Source: an uncultured Rhodospirillaceae bacterium (GTDB lineage Bacteria > Pseudomonadota > Alphaproteobacteria > UBA2966). From it: 64,000 bases of DNA. The position numbers were made by a program, and so were the translations under genes. This document shows positions 1 through 10,061 of the stretch, one piece after another (positions within the stretch are counted from its first letter, which is position 1; every line of letters begins with the position of its first letter). Location of the stretch: positions 153,133 through 217,132 of the forward strand of contig CAYFKJ010000006.1 in assembly GCA_964343605.1 (NCBI GenBank), read 5' to 3'. A model generated the notes under the pieces. The model worked only from the letters and a program-made list of their open reading frames with translations, had not been told where the DNA came from and searched no databases.

Positions 1-1
1 G

Positions 2-1537
2 GAACTTGTGGTCTACGGCGGTATCGGCCGGGCGGCGCGCAACTGGGAGGCCTTCGACCAGATCACGGCAAGCCTCAAGGATCTTGACGACGACGAAACC
101 CTGATCGTCCAGTCGGGCAAGCCGGTCGGCGTTTTTCGTACCCACAAGGACGCGCCGCGCGTTCTGATCGCCAATTCCAATTTGGTGCCGGAGTGGGCCA
201 ACTGGGATCACTTCAACGAGCTCGATAAGGTCGGCCTGATGATGTACGGCCAGATGACGGCGGGGTCGTGGATCTACATCGGCAGCCAGGGCATCGTTCA
301 GGGTACCTACGAAACCTTCGTCGAGGTCGGTCGCCAGCACTACGACGGCGATCTCTCCGGGCGGTGGATTCTGACGGCCGGTCTGGGCGGCATGGGCGGG
401 GCGCAGCCGCTGGCCGCCACCTTGGCGGGGGCGTCCCTGCTGGCGGTGGAATGCCAGCCCAGCCGGATCGATTTCCGCCTGCGCAGCGGCTATCTCGACG
501 AAAAGACCGATTCGCTCGACGATGCCCTGGCCATGATGGAGAAATCCTGCGCCGAAAAGAAACCGCTATCCGTGGGCCTGTTGGGCAATGCCGCGGAGAT
601 CTATCCGGAGATGGTGCGCCGGGGCGTGCGGCCCGACGCCGTCACCGATCAGACCTCGGCCCATGATCCGCTCAACGGTTACCTGCCGGCGGGCTGGACG
701 CTCGATCAGTGGGAAACCCAACGGGAGCGCGATCCCAAGGCGGTAGAGGCCGCCGCCAAAGAGAGCATGGCCGTTCAGGTCCGCGCCATGCTGGACTTCT
801 GGCACGGCGGCGTACCGACACTGGACTACGGCAACAACATCCGCCAGGTCGCCAAGGATATGGGCGTCGCGGACGCCTTCGATTTTCCCGGTTTCGTGCC
901 GGCCTATATCCGGCCGCTGTTCTGCCGGGGCATCGGACCGTTCCGTTGGGCCGCCCTGTCGGGAGATCCGGAGGACATCTACCGCACCGACGAGAAGGTC
1001 AAGGAACTAATCCCGGATGACCCGCACCTGCACAACTGGCTCGACATGGCGCGGGAGCGCATCCACTTCCAGGGCCTGCCCTCGCGCATCTGCTGGGTCG
1101 GACTGGGCCAGCGCCATCGTCTGGGCCTCGCCTTCAACGAGATGGTGGCCAAAGGCGAACTCACCGCACCCATCGTGATCGGACGCGATCACCTGGATTC
1201 AGGCTCGGTGGCCAGCCCCAACCGGGAGACCGAGGCTATGAAGGACGGCTCCGACGCCGTGTCTGACTGGCCGCTCCTCAACGCCCTGATCAACTGCGCC
1301 TCGGGCGCCACCTGGGTGTCGCTGCACCACGGCGGCGGCGTCGGCATGGGGTATTCCCAGCACGCCGGCATGGTCATCGTCTGCGACGGCACCGACGATG
1401 CAGCGCGTCGGATCGAACGGGTTCTGTGGAACGATCCGGCGTCGGGCGTCATGCGCCATGCCGACGCCGGTTACGAAAGCGCGGTCGCGTGCGCCAGGGA
1501 AAACGGCCTCAAACTGCCGTCGCTGGGTATTGGCTGA
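2..1537 (+). CDS. hutU: urocanate hydratase (urocanase), 5'-truncated by window edge
   Basis: ORF open to the first base in frame 2. Translation matches the urocanase core ([51 protein letters not shown]) through to a stop at 1537. Confidence 0.9.
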   Translation, partial: ELVVYGGIGRAARNWEAFDQITASLKDLDDDETLIVQSGKPVGVFRTHKDAPRVLIANSNLVPEWANWDHFNELDKVGLMMYGQMTAGSWIYIGSQGIVQGTYETFVEVGRQHYDGDLSGRWILTAGLGGMGGAQPLAATLAGASLLAVECQPSRIDFRLRSGYLDEKTDSLDDALAMMEKSCAEKKPLSVGLLGNAAEIYPEMVRRGVRPDAVTDQTSAHDPLNGYLPAGWTLDQWETQRERDPKAVEAAAKESMAVQVRAMLDFWHGGVPTLDYGNNIRQVAKDMGVADAFDFPGFVPAYIRPLFCRGIGPFRWAALSGDPEDIYRTDEKVKELIPDDPHLHNWLDMARERIHFQGLPSRICWVGLGQRHRLGLAFNEMVAKGELTAPIVIGRDHLDSGSVASPNRETEAMKDGSDAVSDWPLLNALINCASGATWVSLHHGGGVGMGYSQHAGMVIVCDGTDDAARRIERVLWNDPASGVMRHADAGYESAVACARENGLKLPSLGIG

Positions 1538-1543
1538 GCGGCC

Positions 1544-2716
1544 TCAAGGCCACTTGACGACCTTGCAGTATTTGACGCCCTTGTCCTTGATCGCCTGGCA
1601 GATGCCGGCGGCGATGGTTCTCTGGCCGACGGGGCCGTAAATCAGGCGGTAGAAGGTTCCCTTGTCCTTGACCGCCACCGGCTCCTGGGTGTGGTCCAGA
1701 TCTTCCAGTTCCAGTTCGAGCGACTTGCGCAGCCGGGCGGCGCCTTTATTCAAGGCATTTTCGTTGCGGTAGGAGCTGAGATGAATGCCGAACCCGCCCG
1801 TCGGTTTAGGCGCCGGTTTCACGGCGGCCTGCTTGGGTTCCGCTTTTTCATCCTTCTTGGCATCCATTGCCGGTTTTGTCAGCGGCATGGGCGCCGATTC
1901 GGGTTCAGGCGCGGGCATGCCGGTCGATTTCGCCGACAGGTAAGCCCCCAGCGCCGAGAGCTTGCGCACCTCAGAGTTCAAGCGGTCCACGCGGGTCGTC
2001 AGGCTCTCCATGCCCAGTTCGACGGCAAGCAGGCGGGAATGCGTGTCGTCATCCGATTTATCGGTCTGCTCGTGCATGGATGGCTTTTCGGCCATCTGTT
2101 CTTTCGTATCCTCGTCCTTCCCGGGGTCTTCCCGGTTGTCGTTTTGCGCCATCTGTTCCGGTTTCTTCTCCGGCATTTTTTCTTCCGCCTCGGCGGGCTT
2201 CATTTCCTTAGCAGGTTGGGTGCTGCTCACCATGGCCCGCCGGACGTGCACCTGCTTGAGCTTGCCGTCCTCGTTCATGTGTTGGTAGCGCTGCATGCGC
2301 AGGTTGTTGAGGTCGGGCAGTGCGGCTTCGAAGTTGCGGAAGTCGAGAGCGACGTTGCCGAACATCACGTCGAGCCCGACGGACATTTCGATATAGCGCG
2401 TCTCGCCGTCCTCCAGTGTGAAGGAGAGCCGCTTTTCGGCATCCATTGTAGTGGCGACGTCATGAGGACCGGGCGGCGCATCGACGACTAGGAACTGGCC
2501 GTTGACGAACTTGCCCAGGAACTTGTTGTCGAGGTAGGCGTGAGGCTCGACCGAGTATCCGAACATGCCGGCGCGATAGAAGAAGATGCGCCCGGCGCCG
2601 TCGGCCAGCGGCGGAAGGTCGTTGATCTGGGGTCCAGGGTCTGCGGGCGCGCGGGTGCAGGCCGCAATTCCAAACAAGATGGTAATCACGACAGCCAGCC
2701 GAATTGCGACGCGCAT
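1544..2716 (-). CDS. SPOR-domain lipoprotein with DUF2846-like N-terminal domain
   Basis: Start set at the internal Met (MRVAIRLAVVITILFGIAAC) giving a lipoprotein signal peptide with Cys lipobox. Lys/Glu/Pro-rich low-complexity linker. C-terminal SPOR-like fold (FGIHLSSYRNENALNKGAARL...FYRLIYGPV). Confidence 0.7.
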   Translation of the reverse strand: MRVAIRLAVVITILFGIAACTRAPADPGPQINDLPPLADGAGRIFFYRAGMFGYSVEPHAYLDNKFLGKFVNGQFLVVDAPPGPHDVATTMDAEKRLSFTLEDGETRYIEMSVGLDVMFGNVALDFRNFEAALPDLNNLRMQRYQHMNEDGKLKQVHVRRAMVSSTQPAKEMKPAEAEEKMPEKKPEQMAQNDNREDPGKDEDTKEQMAEKPSMHEQTDKSDDDTHSRLLAVELGMESLTTRVDRLNSEVRKLSALGAYLSAKSTGMPAPEPESAPMPLTKPAMDAKKDEKAEPKQAAVKPAPKPTGGFGIHLSSYRNENALNKGAARLRKSLELELEDLDHTQEPVAVKDKGTFYRLIYGPVGQRTIAAGICQAIKDKGVKYCKVVKWP

Positions 2717-2925
2717 AAGCTCCCCCGTTACCGAACCAATCTCAGGTGCGGGCAATCGTCGCGTTTGGACGATGCCAAGTCAATCAATCATTGAAGGCAT
2801 CGCGACGAAAAAGCCTGCCAACCCAACCGGTAAAGTGAAATTTTGCCGTTTCCGGGCGTTAGCCTGTATGGTCTCCCTGCAGCGCGTCCGCCGGTCGCCG
2901 ATATCTCTCACGAAGGTCTTGTTAG

Positions 2926-4221
2926 ATGCGAACACCCGAATTTTTCCGTCCGGACGTCATGGCCCGCGTTCGGGACAAGTTTCACCACGTCGATCATTGT
3001 CCCGTCGTCGACGCGCCCCGCATTTTCTTCGAAAGCGGCGGCGGTTCATTGAAGCTGAAGACGGCGGTTGCGGCCAGCGCCGAGGTCGAGGGTTTACCGG
3101 ACCAGGAAGGCCGTGACAACGACGCTTCGCGCTATCTCTCGAAGCTGTTGGACGACGGCCGCGAGGACCTTCATCTGGTATTCGGTTCGGCCAACCTGGG
3201 CGCCGCCCGCGGCCAGGTGATTTCGGGCGAAACGGGCACTCGTCTGTTGTACCGCGTCATCCGTTCGATCGCCCTGTCGGCCCCGCCGGGTCCGGTGCTG
3301 TCGTGCACGCTGGAGCATCCAGCCAGCCTGGATGCCGCCCGGCAATGGGCCGCCAATACCGACCGCGAGTGGATCGAGGTGCCGTTCGATGCCGAAACGG
3401 GCACAGCCAGGCCGGAACATTACGCCGCCGCGATCACGCCCGACACCCGCCTTGCGACGGTCATCCACACCAGCATGCTGACGGGCTTCGTGGTCGATCT
3501 GGAAGGCATCGTTCAGGCGATACGGGAAGTAGCGCCCGATTGTTTTATCGTGGTGGACGGTATCCAGCACGCGCCCCACGGAGCCATGCACGTCGACCGC
3601 TATGGCGTCGATGCCTACGTTTTTTCGCCCTACAAGGCCTATTCCCGCTTGTCGCTGGGCTTCGGCTGGATCAACGACCGCGTCGTCAAGGTGCCGCATG
3701 AACACATGTTGGGCGGCGATCCCGACAAATGGGAACTGGGATCACGTGATCCGGCGTTCTACGCGGCCCAGACCAAGGTTGTCGATTATTTTTGCTGGTT
3801 GGGCGGGCTGAGCTCGGGCGCAACCGGCCGGCAGGAGCTTCTCGACGCCGGATCGGCGGCCATGGCGGCGCACGAGGCCGCCCTGATCGACCTGCTGCTG
3901 TTCGGCGACGATGAGATCAAGGGTCTTTCGCAGTTCGACAATATCACGCTGGTCGGACCGGCCCAGCTCGAGGGCCGGGAGGGCATCGTTTCTTTCAACC
4001 TGACGGGCGTGCCGGCGCCGGAATTGGTGCGCAAGTTCGCCGACCGGAATATCCGCGTACACGCCCGCATTTCCGATGCCTATTCGGGCCGCATCCTGGC
4101 GGCACTTGGGATAGAGGATTGCCTGCGCGTGTCGCTTTGCCACTACAATTCGCCGGCGGAGGTCAAAACCTTTCTCAAGGTTCTAGGGGAGTTTGCCGCC
4201 GACGCCGAGCAAGTCGGCTAG
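2926..4221 (+). CDS. aminotransferase class-V fold PLP-dependent enzyme (cysteine desulfurase / selenocysteine lyase-like)
   Basis: 431-aa ORF with class-V fold signatures (HTSMLTGFVVDLEGI, FSPYKAY candidate PLP-Lys region, C-terminal LCHYNSPAEV). Confidence 0.65.
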   Translation: MRTPEFFRPDVMARVRDKFHHVDHCPVVDAPRIFFESGGGSLKLKTAVAASAEVEGLPDQEGRDNDASRYLSKLLDDGREDLHLVFGSANLGAARGQVISGETGTRLLYRVIRSIALSAPPGPVLSCTLEHPASLDAARQWAANTDREWIEVPFDAETGTARPEHYAAAITPDTRLATVIHTSMLTGFVVDLEGIVQAIREVAPDCFIVVDGIQHAPHGAMHVDRYGVDAYVFSPYKAYSRLSLGFGWINDRVVKVPHEHMLGGDPDKWELGSRDPAFYAAQTKVVDYFCWLGGLSSGATGRQELLDAGSAAMAAHEAALIDLLLFGDDEIKGLSQFDNITLVGPAQLEGREGIVSFNLTGVPAPELVRKFADRNIRVHARISDAYSGRILAALGIEDCLRVSLCHYNSPAEVKTFLKVLGEFAADAEQVG

Positions 4222-4650
4222 TTCATCCAAGAGCCTGCCATCGGTTTCGCTGGACGCGTCCAGTTTCATGCCGGCGATCACCGGCCCCGCCAACCGGCGG
4301 TAGACGATGGGGCCGAGGAAGAGGGCGAGAAAGTCCGGGAATTCAAGCCGCGACAGGCGGCCGTCAGGGTTTTGCCTGCGGGCGGTGTGGAAAAGGCCTT
4401 CGAGGTGGGCGACGAAGAACTTCAGCGGCCAGACACGGCCCCCACCGTCTTTACCGCTGCCGATGCGGTCAATCATGTCGCGCATGACGAGCCGAAGGGA
4501 TTGGGGACGCCGCCGGCTCCAGGCCTCGACCTCCAACGCGATGGCCAGAAGCTCGGTATTCGCGGATCCGCCCCGGGACCGGGCCACCACGTCTTTCAAT
4601 TCGCTGCCCAAACCGCTCAGCGGCATTTCCGAAAGCCCGTTGGTCGACAA
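4183..4650 (-). CDS. hypothetical protein, possibly a C-terminal fragment of a transcriptional regulator (TetR-like C-domain resemblance, no HTH)
   Basis: Only protein-like frame across 4222-4620. Composition is not Arg/Pro garbage, and no DNA-binding helix-turn-helix is present. Overlaps the convergent aminotransferase 3' end by 39 nt. Confidence 0.3.
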   Translation of the reverse strand: MSTNGLSEMPLSGLGSELKDVVARSRGGSANTELLAIALEVEAWSRRRPQSLRLVMRDMIDRIGSGKDGGGRVWPLKFFVAHLEGLFHTARRQNPDGRLSRLEFPDFLALFLGPIVYRRLAGPVIAGMKLDASSETDGRLLDELADLLGVGGKLP

Positions 4651-5176
4651 TCTGCTTTATCTGCTGATCTGTGCCGCCGTCATCGGCACCGTGTACTGGG
4701 CGTTCGAGCGCATCGTGAAATCACCATGGGGGCGGGTCCTGCGTGCGATCCGGGAAGACGAGACGGCGGCGGAAGCCCTTGGCAAGAACGTATTCCGCAT
4801 CCGCCTTCAGGCCTTCGTTCTGGGATCGGCCGTCATGGGACTGGCCGGCGGCCTTTACGCGAACTTCATGGGCTTCATCAGTCCGCAGGATTTCCTGCCC
4901 ATCTTTACGATCCAGATTTACGTCATGCTGATCGTCGGCGGCAGCGGCAACAATCTGGGGGCACTCCTCGGCGGCCTCGTCATCTGGGCGCTGTGGTCGG
5001 CCAGCGGCAGCCTGATCGCGGCGGTGTTTCCGCCCGACTTCCAGACCCAGGCGGCGGCGGTGCGCATAGTTCTCATAGGCCTCGTGCTGGTCTTGATGCT
5101 GCTCTATCGGCCGCAGGGGTTGCTGAAGGAGCGCAAAACGGTTTCCGAAGCGGCAAATATCGGAAGAGAAACATAG
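4622..5176 (+). pseudogene. livM: branched-chain amino acid ABC permease LivM, C-terminal fragment only (gene remnant)
   Basis: Translation from about 4622 matches the LivM C-terminal half (RAIREDETAAEALGKNVFRIRLQAFVLGSAVMGLAGGLYA...LVLMLLYRPQGL). The upstream in-frame sequence is Arg/Ser-rich nonsense with no N-terminal half and no LivH/G/F partners nearby. Confidence 0.6.
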
Positions 5177-5299
5177 ATCACGCCGAATCAGAGTCGTCGA
5201 CCCGCCTTCGAATCCAGGTCAGATTGTGAAAGAATTTTGGGCTGTATTCCGATTCGGCTTTTGTCTATCGTGTCGCTTTCCTGTCGAAGTTGGGGTTCG

Positions 5300-5710
5300 A
5301 TGAAATTACCGATCCGTCTTCTCGTCGCGCTCAGCCTGATCGCGGCGACCACCGAAATCCAATCTGCAGCGGCTCAATCGGTGGCGCCCTATCCGCCGTT
5401 GATGTCGGACATGGCAGCGCACATGAAAGCCTATTCGGGCCAAGGCCAATTGACCGGCCAGACTGCCGCCCCACGGGCCACGCAAGCTCAGCTCAAACCC
5501 AAACGGACGACCCGACCAAAGCCGAGGAAAAACAGATACGCCCGTGCCGATCAGCAAACGGGGTTCCAGGTTACCTCAGGCCTTGCGACGTCGATCGGTA
5601 TCGGCATACTGACTGCTATCGGTCTGGCAATCTCGTTGGTCATCTCGGATGACGCCACAGCCACGGCGGCAGGCACCAGCAGCACCTCGACCACGACTTC
5701 GACGAACTAG
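5300..5710 (+). CDS. hypothetical secreted/membrane-anchored protein
   Basis: Start chosen at MKLPIRLLVALSLIAATTEIQSAAA (signal peptide). Basic central segment, a C-terminal hydrophobic helix and a Ser/Thr tail. Confidence 0.45.
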   Translation: MKLPIRLLVALSLIAATTEIQSAAAQSVAPYPPLMSDMAAHMKAYSGQGQLTGQTAAPRATQAQLKPKRTTRPKPRKNRYARADQQTGFQVTSGLATSIGIGILTAIGLAISLVISDDATATAAGTSSTSTTTSTN

Positions 5711-5724
5711 ACTTCGAACGATCG

Positions 5725-5949
5725 CTATTCGTCGTTTTCCGGATCCATCAAGCGATGCAGATGGACGATGAAGTATCGGGTCAGCGCGTCATCCACGGTG
5801 GCATGGGCCTTGGCCCGCCACGCTTCATGGGCGGCCTGATAGTTCGGGTAAACGCCCACGATATCGACCTTTTCAAGATCTTCGAATTCGGTTTCGGTGG
5901 GATCGGTCAAGCGGCCGCCGATAACCAAATGCAAGAGCTGTTTCGCCAA
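5725..5949 (-). CDS. DUF4170 family small protein
   Basis: 74-aa ORF MAKQLLHLVIGGRLTDPTETEFEDLEKVDIVGVYPNYQAAHEAW..., typical of the conserved alphaproteobacterial DUF4170. Confidence 0.65.
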   Translation of the reverse strand: MAKQLLHLVIGGRLTDPTETEFEDLEKVDIVGVYPNYQAAHEAWRAKAHATVDDALTRYFIVHLHRLMDPENDE

Positions 5950-6056
5950 CTATTCCTCCCGAACAAGTATGCTGGATTGGCGTTCTTTAGTGCATTTCGT
6001 CGGCGGTTGGAAGTCGTAATGCCGGGCCACCCGCGCTCTCGCCCGTTAGGGTTAGG

Positions 6057-6296
6057 CTAAAGCTTGCCGTGGGTGCCGTCGCATCTCGGTGCGTTCTTGC
6101 TTTGTTTGCAGCCGCAGAAAAAAATCGTCTTGCTCTCCTCGGCCTCGAAGACGACGGGGGAAAGTCCAACCTCCTTGTGGGAGCCGTCGCAAAACGGTTG
6201 TTTCCGGCTGCGGCCGCAGGCGCACCAGAGATACTTCTTGCCGGCTTCAACATCCACCGGAAACGGGGCTTTCTGGGCGATAACGGATTCTGACAT
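6057..6296 (-). CDS. CDGSH-type iron-sulfur domain protein (two CDGSH motifs)
   Basis: 79-aa product from ATG at 6296 with two CxC...CDGSH/CDGTH motifs (CACGRSRKQPFCDGSH, CGCKQSKNAPRCDGTH). The upstream part of the listed 169-aa ORF is rejected. Confidence 0.8.
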   Translation of the reverse strand: MSESVIAQKAPFPVDVEAGKKYLWCACGRSRKQPFCDGSHKEVGLSPVVFEAEESKTIFFCGCKQSKNAPRCDGTHGKL

Positions 6297-6396
6297 GGTA
6301 ATCCTCGCAATCGGCTTCGTTACCAGAAAGCTAGGGGTTAATTCAGATTGGGCAAATCGACGCGCTGATGCCCGCGCGCCGCGCCGCCTGCCGCCA

Positions 6397-6858
6397 TCAT
6401 TTTTCGGCGCTGACGATCTCCAAGGTGGCGCCGTTGACGCCGCTGATGCGAATGCGGGTGCCGGCGGGAAGATCCGGCCCTTCCACGGCCCAGCCGGAAT
6501 CCCCGATTTGAACGCGGCCACGGCCGCCAACAATGGGCTCGGACAGCACAAGCTCGCGGCCCACAAGTTTTTGCCCCCGCTGATTGAGCGTGGGGTGATC
6601 GGTTTCGATCGGCCGGCTTTTCAAGTATCGCTTGGAAACGACGATGCTGACAATGGACAGGACGGCAAACACCGCCAGTTGGGCTTTCCAGTCCAGGTCG
6701 GGCATGAAAAACACCAGTCCGCCCACAACCGCGGCGGCGATGCCCAGCCAGAGAAATATTGCACCGGGAGCCAAGGCCTCCAGCAGCACCAGCGCGCCCG
6801 CAGCGATCCACCAAGTCCAAAAGCCGAATTGATCGAGGTAGGCAAGGAATTCAGTCAT
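6397..6858 (-). CDS. NfeD-family membrane protein (stomatin operon partner, OB-fold C-terminus)
   Basis: N-terminal TM helices and a C-terminal beta-rich OB-like domain (GRGRVQIGDSGWAVEGPDLPAGTRIRISGVNGATLEI). Lies immediately upstream of the SPFH gene on the same strand. Confidence 0.8.
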   Translation of the reverse strand: MTEFLAYLDQFGFWTWWIAAGALVLLEALAPGAIFLWLGIAAAVVGGLVFFMPDLDWKAQLAVFAVLSIVSIVVSKRYLKSRPIETDHPTLNQRGQKLVGRELVLSEPIVGGRGRVQIGDSGWAVEGPDLPAGTRIRISGVNGATLEIVSAEK

Positions 6859-6863
6859 GCCGG

Positions 6864-7841
6864 TTAACTCCGCGAATCCGGAATTCGCGACGACCCGTCG
6901 CGATCCTCGTCGTCGCTCTTCCCGAAGGATTCCTTGGCAAGCTCCGCGATGCCGCCGATCGAGCCGATCAGGCTGGCTGCCTCCATAGGCAGAAACATAA
7001 CTTTCTGGTTGCGGGCGGTCCCGATGTCGGACAGGGCTTCCACGTATTTCTGCGCCACGAAATAGTTGATCGCTTGGACGTCGCCCTGGGCGATCGCCTC
7101 CGACACCATGGAAGTCGCCTTGGCTTCCGCCTCAGCTTGGCGTTCCCGAGCCTCGGCGTCCCGAAAAGCGGATTCTCGCCGGCCTTCGGCTTCCAGGATG
7201 GCGGCCTGTTTCTCGCCTTCGGCGCGCAGAATTTCCGCTGCCCGTTCGCCCTCCGCCTCTAAGATCGCAGCGCGTTTGTCGCGTTCCGCTTTCATCTGCC
7301 GGGCCATGGAATCGACCAGATCGCGCGGCGGGGCGATGTCCTTGATTTCGATGCGCGTCACCTTGACGCCCCAGGGCGAGGTCGCGTGATCGACCACCTG
7401 CAGCAGCTTGGCGTTGATTTCGTCGCGCTTCGACAGCAACTCATCGAGATCCATGCCGCCCATCACGGTCCGGATGTTGGTCATGGTCAGATTGAGTGTG
7501 GCGTATTGCAATTGGCTGACCTCGTAAGCCGCCGATGCAGCGTCAAGAACCTGGAAGAATACCACGCCGTCCACCGCGACCATGGCGTTGTCCTTGGTGA
7601 TGACTTCCTGGGTCGGGACGTCGAGGACCTGCTCCATCATATTCATTTTCGCACCGACGCGATCGATGATGGGGATGATCAGGTGGAGCCCCGGTTTCAA
7701 CGTTCGCGTGTAGCGGCCGAACCGTTCAATGGTGTACTCGTAACCTTGGGATACCGCTTTGACACCGAGAAAAACAATAAAAATCGCAACGATTACCAAC
7801 ACAATCACGAATACTGCGGCACCAGTCATTTCAGCGGGCAT
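6864..7841 (-). CDS. SPFH/band-7 (stomatin-like) protein
   Basis: N-terminal TM helix plus SPFH domain (YEYTIERFGRYTRTLKPGLHLIIPIIDRV...), followed by a coiled-coil EAEGE repeat region. Confidence 0.9.
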   Translation of the reverse strand: MPAEMTGAAVFVIVLVIVAIFIVFLGVKAVSQGYEYTIERFGRYTRTLKPGLHLIIPIIDRVGAKMNMMEQVLDVPTQEVITKDNAMVAVDGVVFFQVLDAASAAYEVSQLQYATLNLTMTNIRTVMGGMDLDELLSKRDEINAKLLQVVDHATSPWGVKVTRIEIKDIAPPRDLVDSMARQMKAERDKRAAILEAEGERAAEILRAEGEKQAAILEAEGRRESAFRDAEARERQAEAEAKATSMVSEAIAQGDVQAINYFVAQKYVEALSDIGTARNQKVMFLPMEAASLIGSIGGIAELAKESFGKSDDEDRDGSSRIPDSRS

Positions 7842-7964
7842 AAGCCATTCCCTTCAAAAGCGATCACGTGACGGACACGCCATTTCAAAAAATATTACAA
7901 CAATTAGTTCGCACAATGATTGTATGTAAGTGGGTGCGTCGAAGTCATCATAATACGATCAACG

Positions 7965-9875
7965 TTAACCCGGTCCTAAGCCCACCTTGGTCATGCCGTC
8001 GATGTAATGGTTTCTGTCGTCATCCTGCAGGAACGGCTCGGTCTTGAGCTGATGGTCGAAATCAAAATCGGGCGCGCGCCGGCGATATTCGGCGGCAGCT
8101 TCGCGCGCCGCCCCCATTTCGCCCAATTGGGCGTACGAGATGGCGAGCCAACGGTAAGTGCCCGCGCCAGGAGTCTGCACCTTGCGCAGAGCTGCGATAG
8201 CATCCTCGTATTTACGTTCGGTGTAATGCACCATGCCTTCGAACCATGAATACCAAGCGGGCGGTGTGAGGGTCATGGTGCGCCCTTTTTCGATCAGTGG
8301 CATGGCCTCCCCGACCCGGCCGGAATAGGTCAGCAGGCGGGCCAGCAAAACATAGCCGTCCGGATCATTGGGATTGATGGCGATGGCCCGTTCCTGGGCG
8401 TCGATGGCGTCCGCGTGGCGGTGAAGCGACATATACACGGATGCCAAGGCGGCGAAGTTTGAATGCGAATCGGGATTGACGCGCACTCCCGTCCGGGCCG
8501 CGTCAAGGGCTGCCTGAAGCGAACCCTGGGGATCGTCGCTCCAACGTTCCGAAGCATCGATCATATGGGTCCAAGCCAAACTGGCGTAGGCCCGGAAAAA
8601 ACTAGGATCGAGGTCGATGGCCTGTTGATAAAGCTCGCGGGCTTTATGGTTGTTGTCCGCCGTAAACTTGAACCAGTATTCGCGGCCCTTGAGGACGAGA
8701 TCGTAGGCTTTCAGGGTGTCGGGATCACGGGATTTGGCGCGATTGCGCTCCGTTTCCACCAGCTTTCCCGACAATGTGGCGACGATCTTCTGCACGACCT
8801 CGTCCTGAACGTCGAAGATATCCTCCAGCGTTCTGTCGAAGCGCTCGGCCCAAAGATGGTGGCCGCCTTCGGCATCGATAAGCTGGGCCGCGATGCGCAC
8901 CCGATCACCCGCCCGGCGGACACTGCCCTCAAGGACATAACGCACATTCAACTCCCGGCCGACGTCCTGGACCTTCACGGCCTTACCCCGGTAGGTGAAG
9001 ACGGTATTGCGGGCAATGACCAGAAGCTCCTGGAAGCGCGATAGTTCGGTGATCAGGTCCTCGGTAATGCCGTCGGCGAAATAGTCCTGTTCCGGGTCAC
9101 CGCCGAGATTGTCGAACGGCAGCACCGCAATGGCCGGCCTGTCGGCGGCATTGGCGGGCTGGGGGGGCGCATCGGCACTTTGCGCCAAAGCCGCAACGGC
9201 TGCGCCTGATCTGTCGGCCCCGCCAGCGCCAGCTACGGCGGCTTCGGCGGACGCCGTTTGCTGGCCGCTGATGTCCGGAGCGCCCTCGAAAAGGACGCGG
9301 AAAGCCCGAACGGGCTGTTCGATGTTTTTCAGGGCGTGTTCACCCATATCCTCCAGTTGATATCCCGGGCGGTGGCGGATTTGCTCGTTGACGCTGGCCG
9401 AGACCCAGATGCCGCCAGGTTCCGCCAGCGCTTCGATGCGGGCGGCGATATTGACCCCATCGCCATAGATGTCTTCATGGTCTTTCAGGATGTCGCCGAG
9501 GTTGATGCCGATCCGAAACTGCACCTTGTTCTCCTGGGGCACGTTCCGGACCCGTTGGCCGATTTCAGTTTGGATGATAACCGCTGCGGCGACAGCGTCT
9601 GAAACCGAGGGAAACTCGGCCAGAAAACCGTCGCCGGTAAGCTTCACGATACGGCCTCTGTTGGCGTCGATGGCAGGATCGACGACTTCCCGCCGATAGC
9701 TCCACCACGCGGCCATGGTTGCATCCTCATCCAACTGCATGAGACGTGAATAACCGGCGATGTCGGCGGCAAGGACGGCCGCCAGCGTGCGTGCGAAATC
9801 AACGTCGCTCAAGTTCGATCTCCCAGCGGGCCAGGGAAGGCGCGATATCGGGGCCCACGGCCGAAGCGTCAGCAT
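7965..9875 (-). CDS. class III adenylate/guanylate cyclase with C-terminal TPR-repeat domain
   Basis: CHD cyclase domain (LAADIAGYSRLM...KLTGDGFLAEFPSVSDAV...GINLGDI...YGDGVNIAARIE), a central CadC/TolB-N-like segment (IAVLPFDNLGGDPEQDYFADGITEDLITELSR) and TPR repeats. Exact start is uncertain (TTG at 9884, ATG at 9875, or a downstream TTG). Confidence 0.85.
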   Translation of the reverse strand: MLTLRPWAPISRLPWPAGRSNLSDVDFARTLAAVLAADIAGYSRLMQLDEDATMAAWWSYRREVVDPAIDANRGRIVKLTGDGFLAEFPSVSDAVAAAVIIQTEIGQRVRNVPQENKVQFRIGINLGDILKDHEDIYGDGVNIAARIEALAEPGGIWVSASVNEQIRHRPGYQLEDMGEHALKNIEQPVRAFRVLFEGAPDISGQQTASAEAAVAGAGGADRSGAAVAALAQSADAPPQPANAADRPAIAVLPFDNLGGDPEQDYFADGITEDLITELSRFQELLVIARNTVFTYRGKAVKVQDVGRELNVRYVLEGSVRRAGDRVRIAAQLIDAEGGHHLWAERFDRTLEDIFDVQDEVVQKIVATLSGKLVETERNRAKSRDPDTLKAYDLVLKGREYWFKFTADNNHKARELYQQAIDLDPSFFRAYASLAWTHMIDASERWSDDPQGSLQAALDAARTGVRVNPDSHSNFAALASVYMSLHRHADAIDAQERAIAINPNDPDGYVLLARLLTYSGRVGEAMPLIEKGRTMTLTPPAWYSWFEGMVHYTERKYEDAIAALRKVQTPGAGTYRWLAISYAQLGEMGAAREAAAEYRRRAPDFDFDHQLKTEPFLQDDDRNHYIDGMTKVGLGPG

Positions 9876-10061
9876 AATTGGCAATGCGGATACTAGCCAT
9901 ATATAGGGGCCGGTGGCGTCCGATTCACGGAATCTTCACTGCGATGTGTTTAGCTAGACCCATGTCGGCCGTTCAGATCGTCCAGGTTTCCAGTTTGTCA
10001 CCCCCCAAAGGAGTGCTAAGTTTTTGATATTAGAATTCAAAACGCATTCTGAGGGCTCAAT

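Noticed and set aside
1691-2491. 266-aa plus-strand ORF opposite the SPOR lipoprotein gene
   Set aside because: Arg/Phe/Gly-rich composition and no domain; antisense artefact of the Lys/Glu-rich gene.
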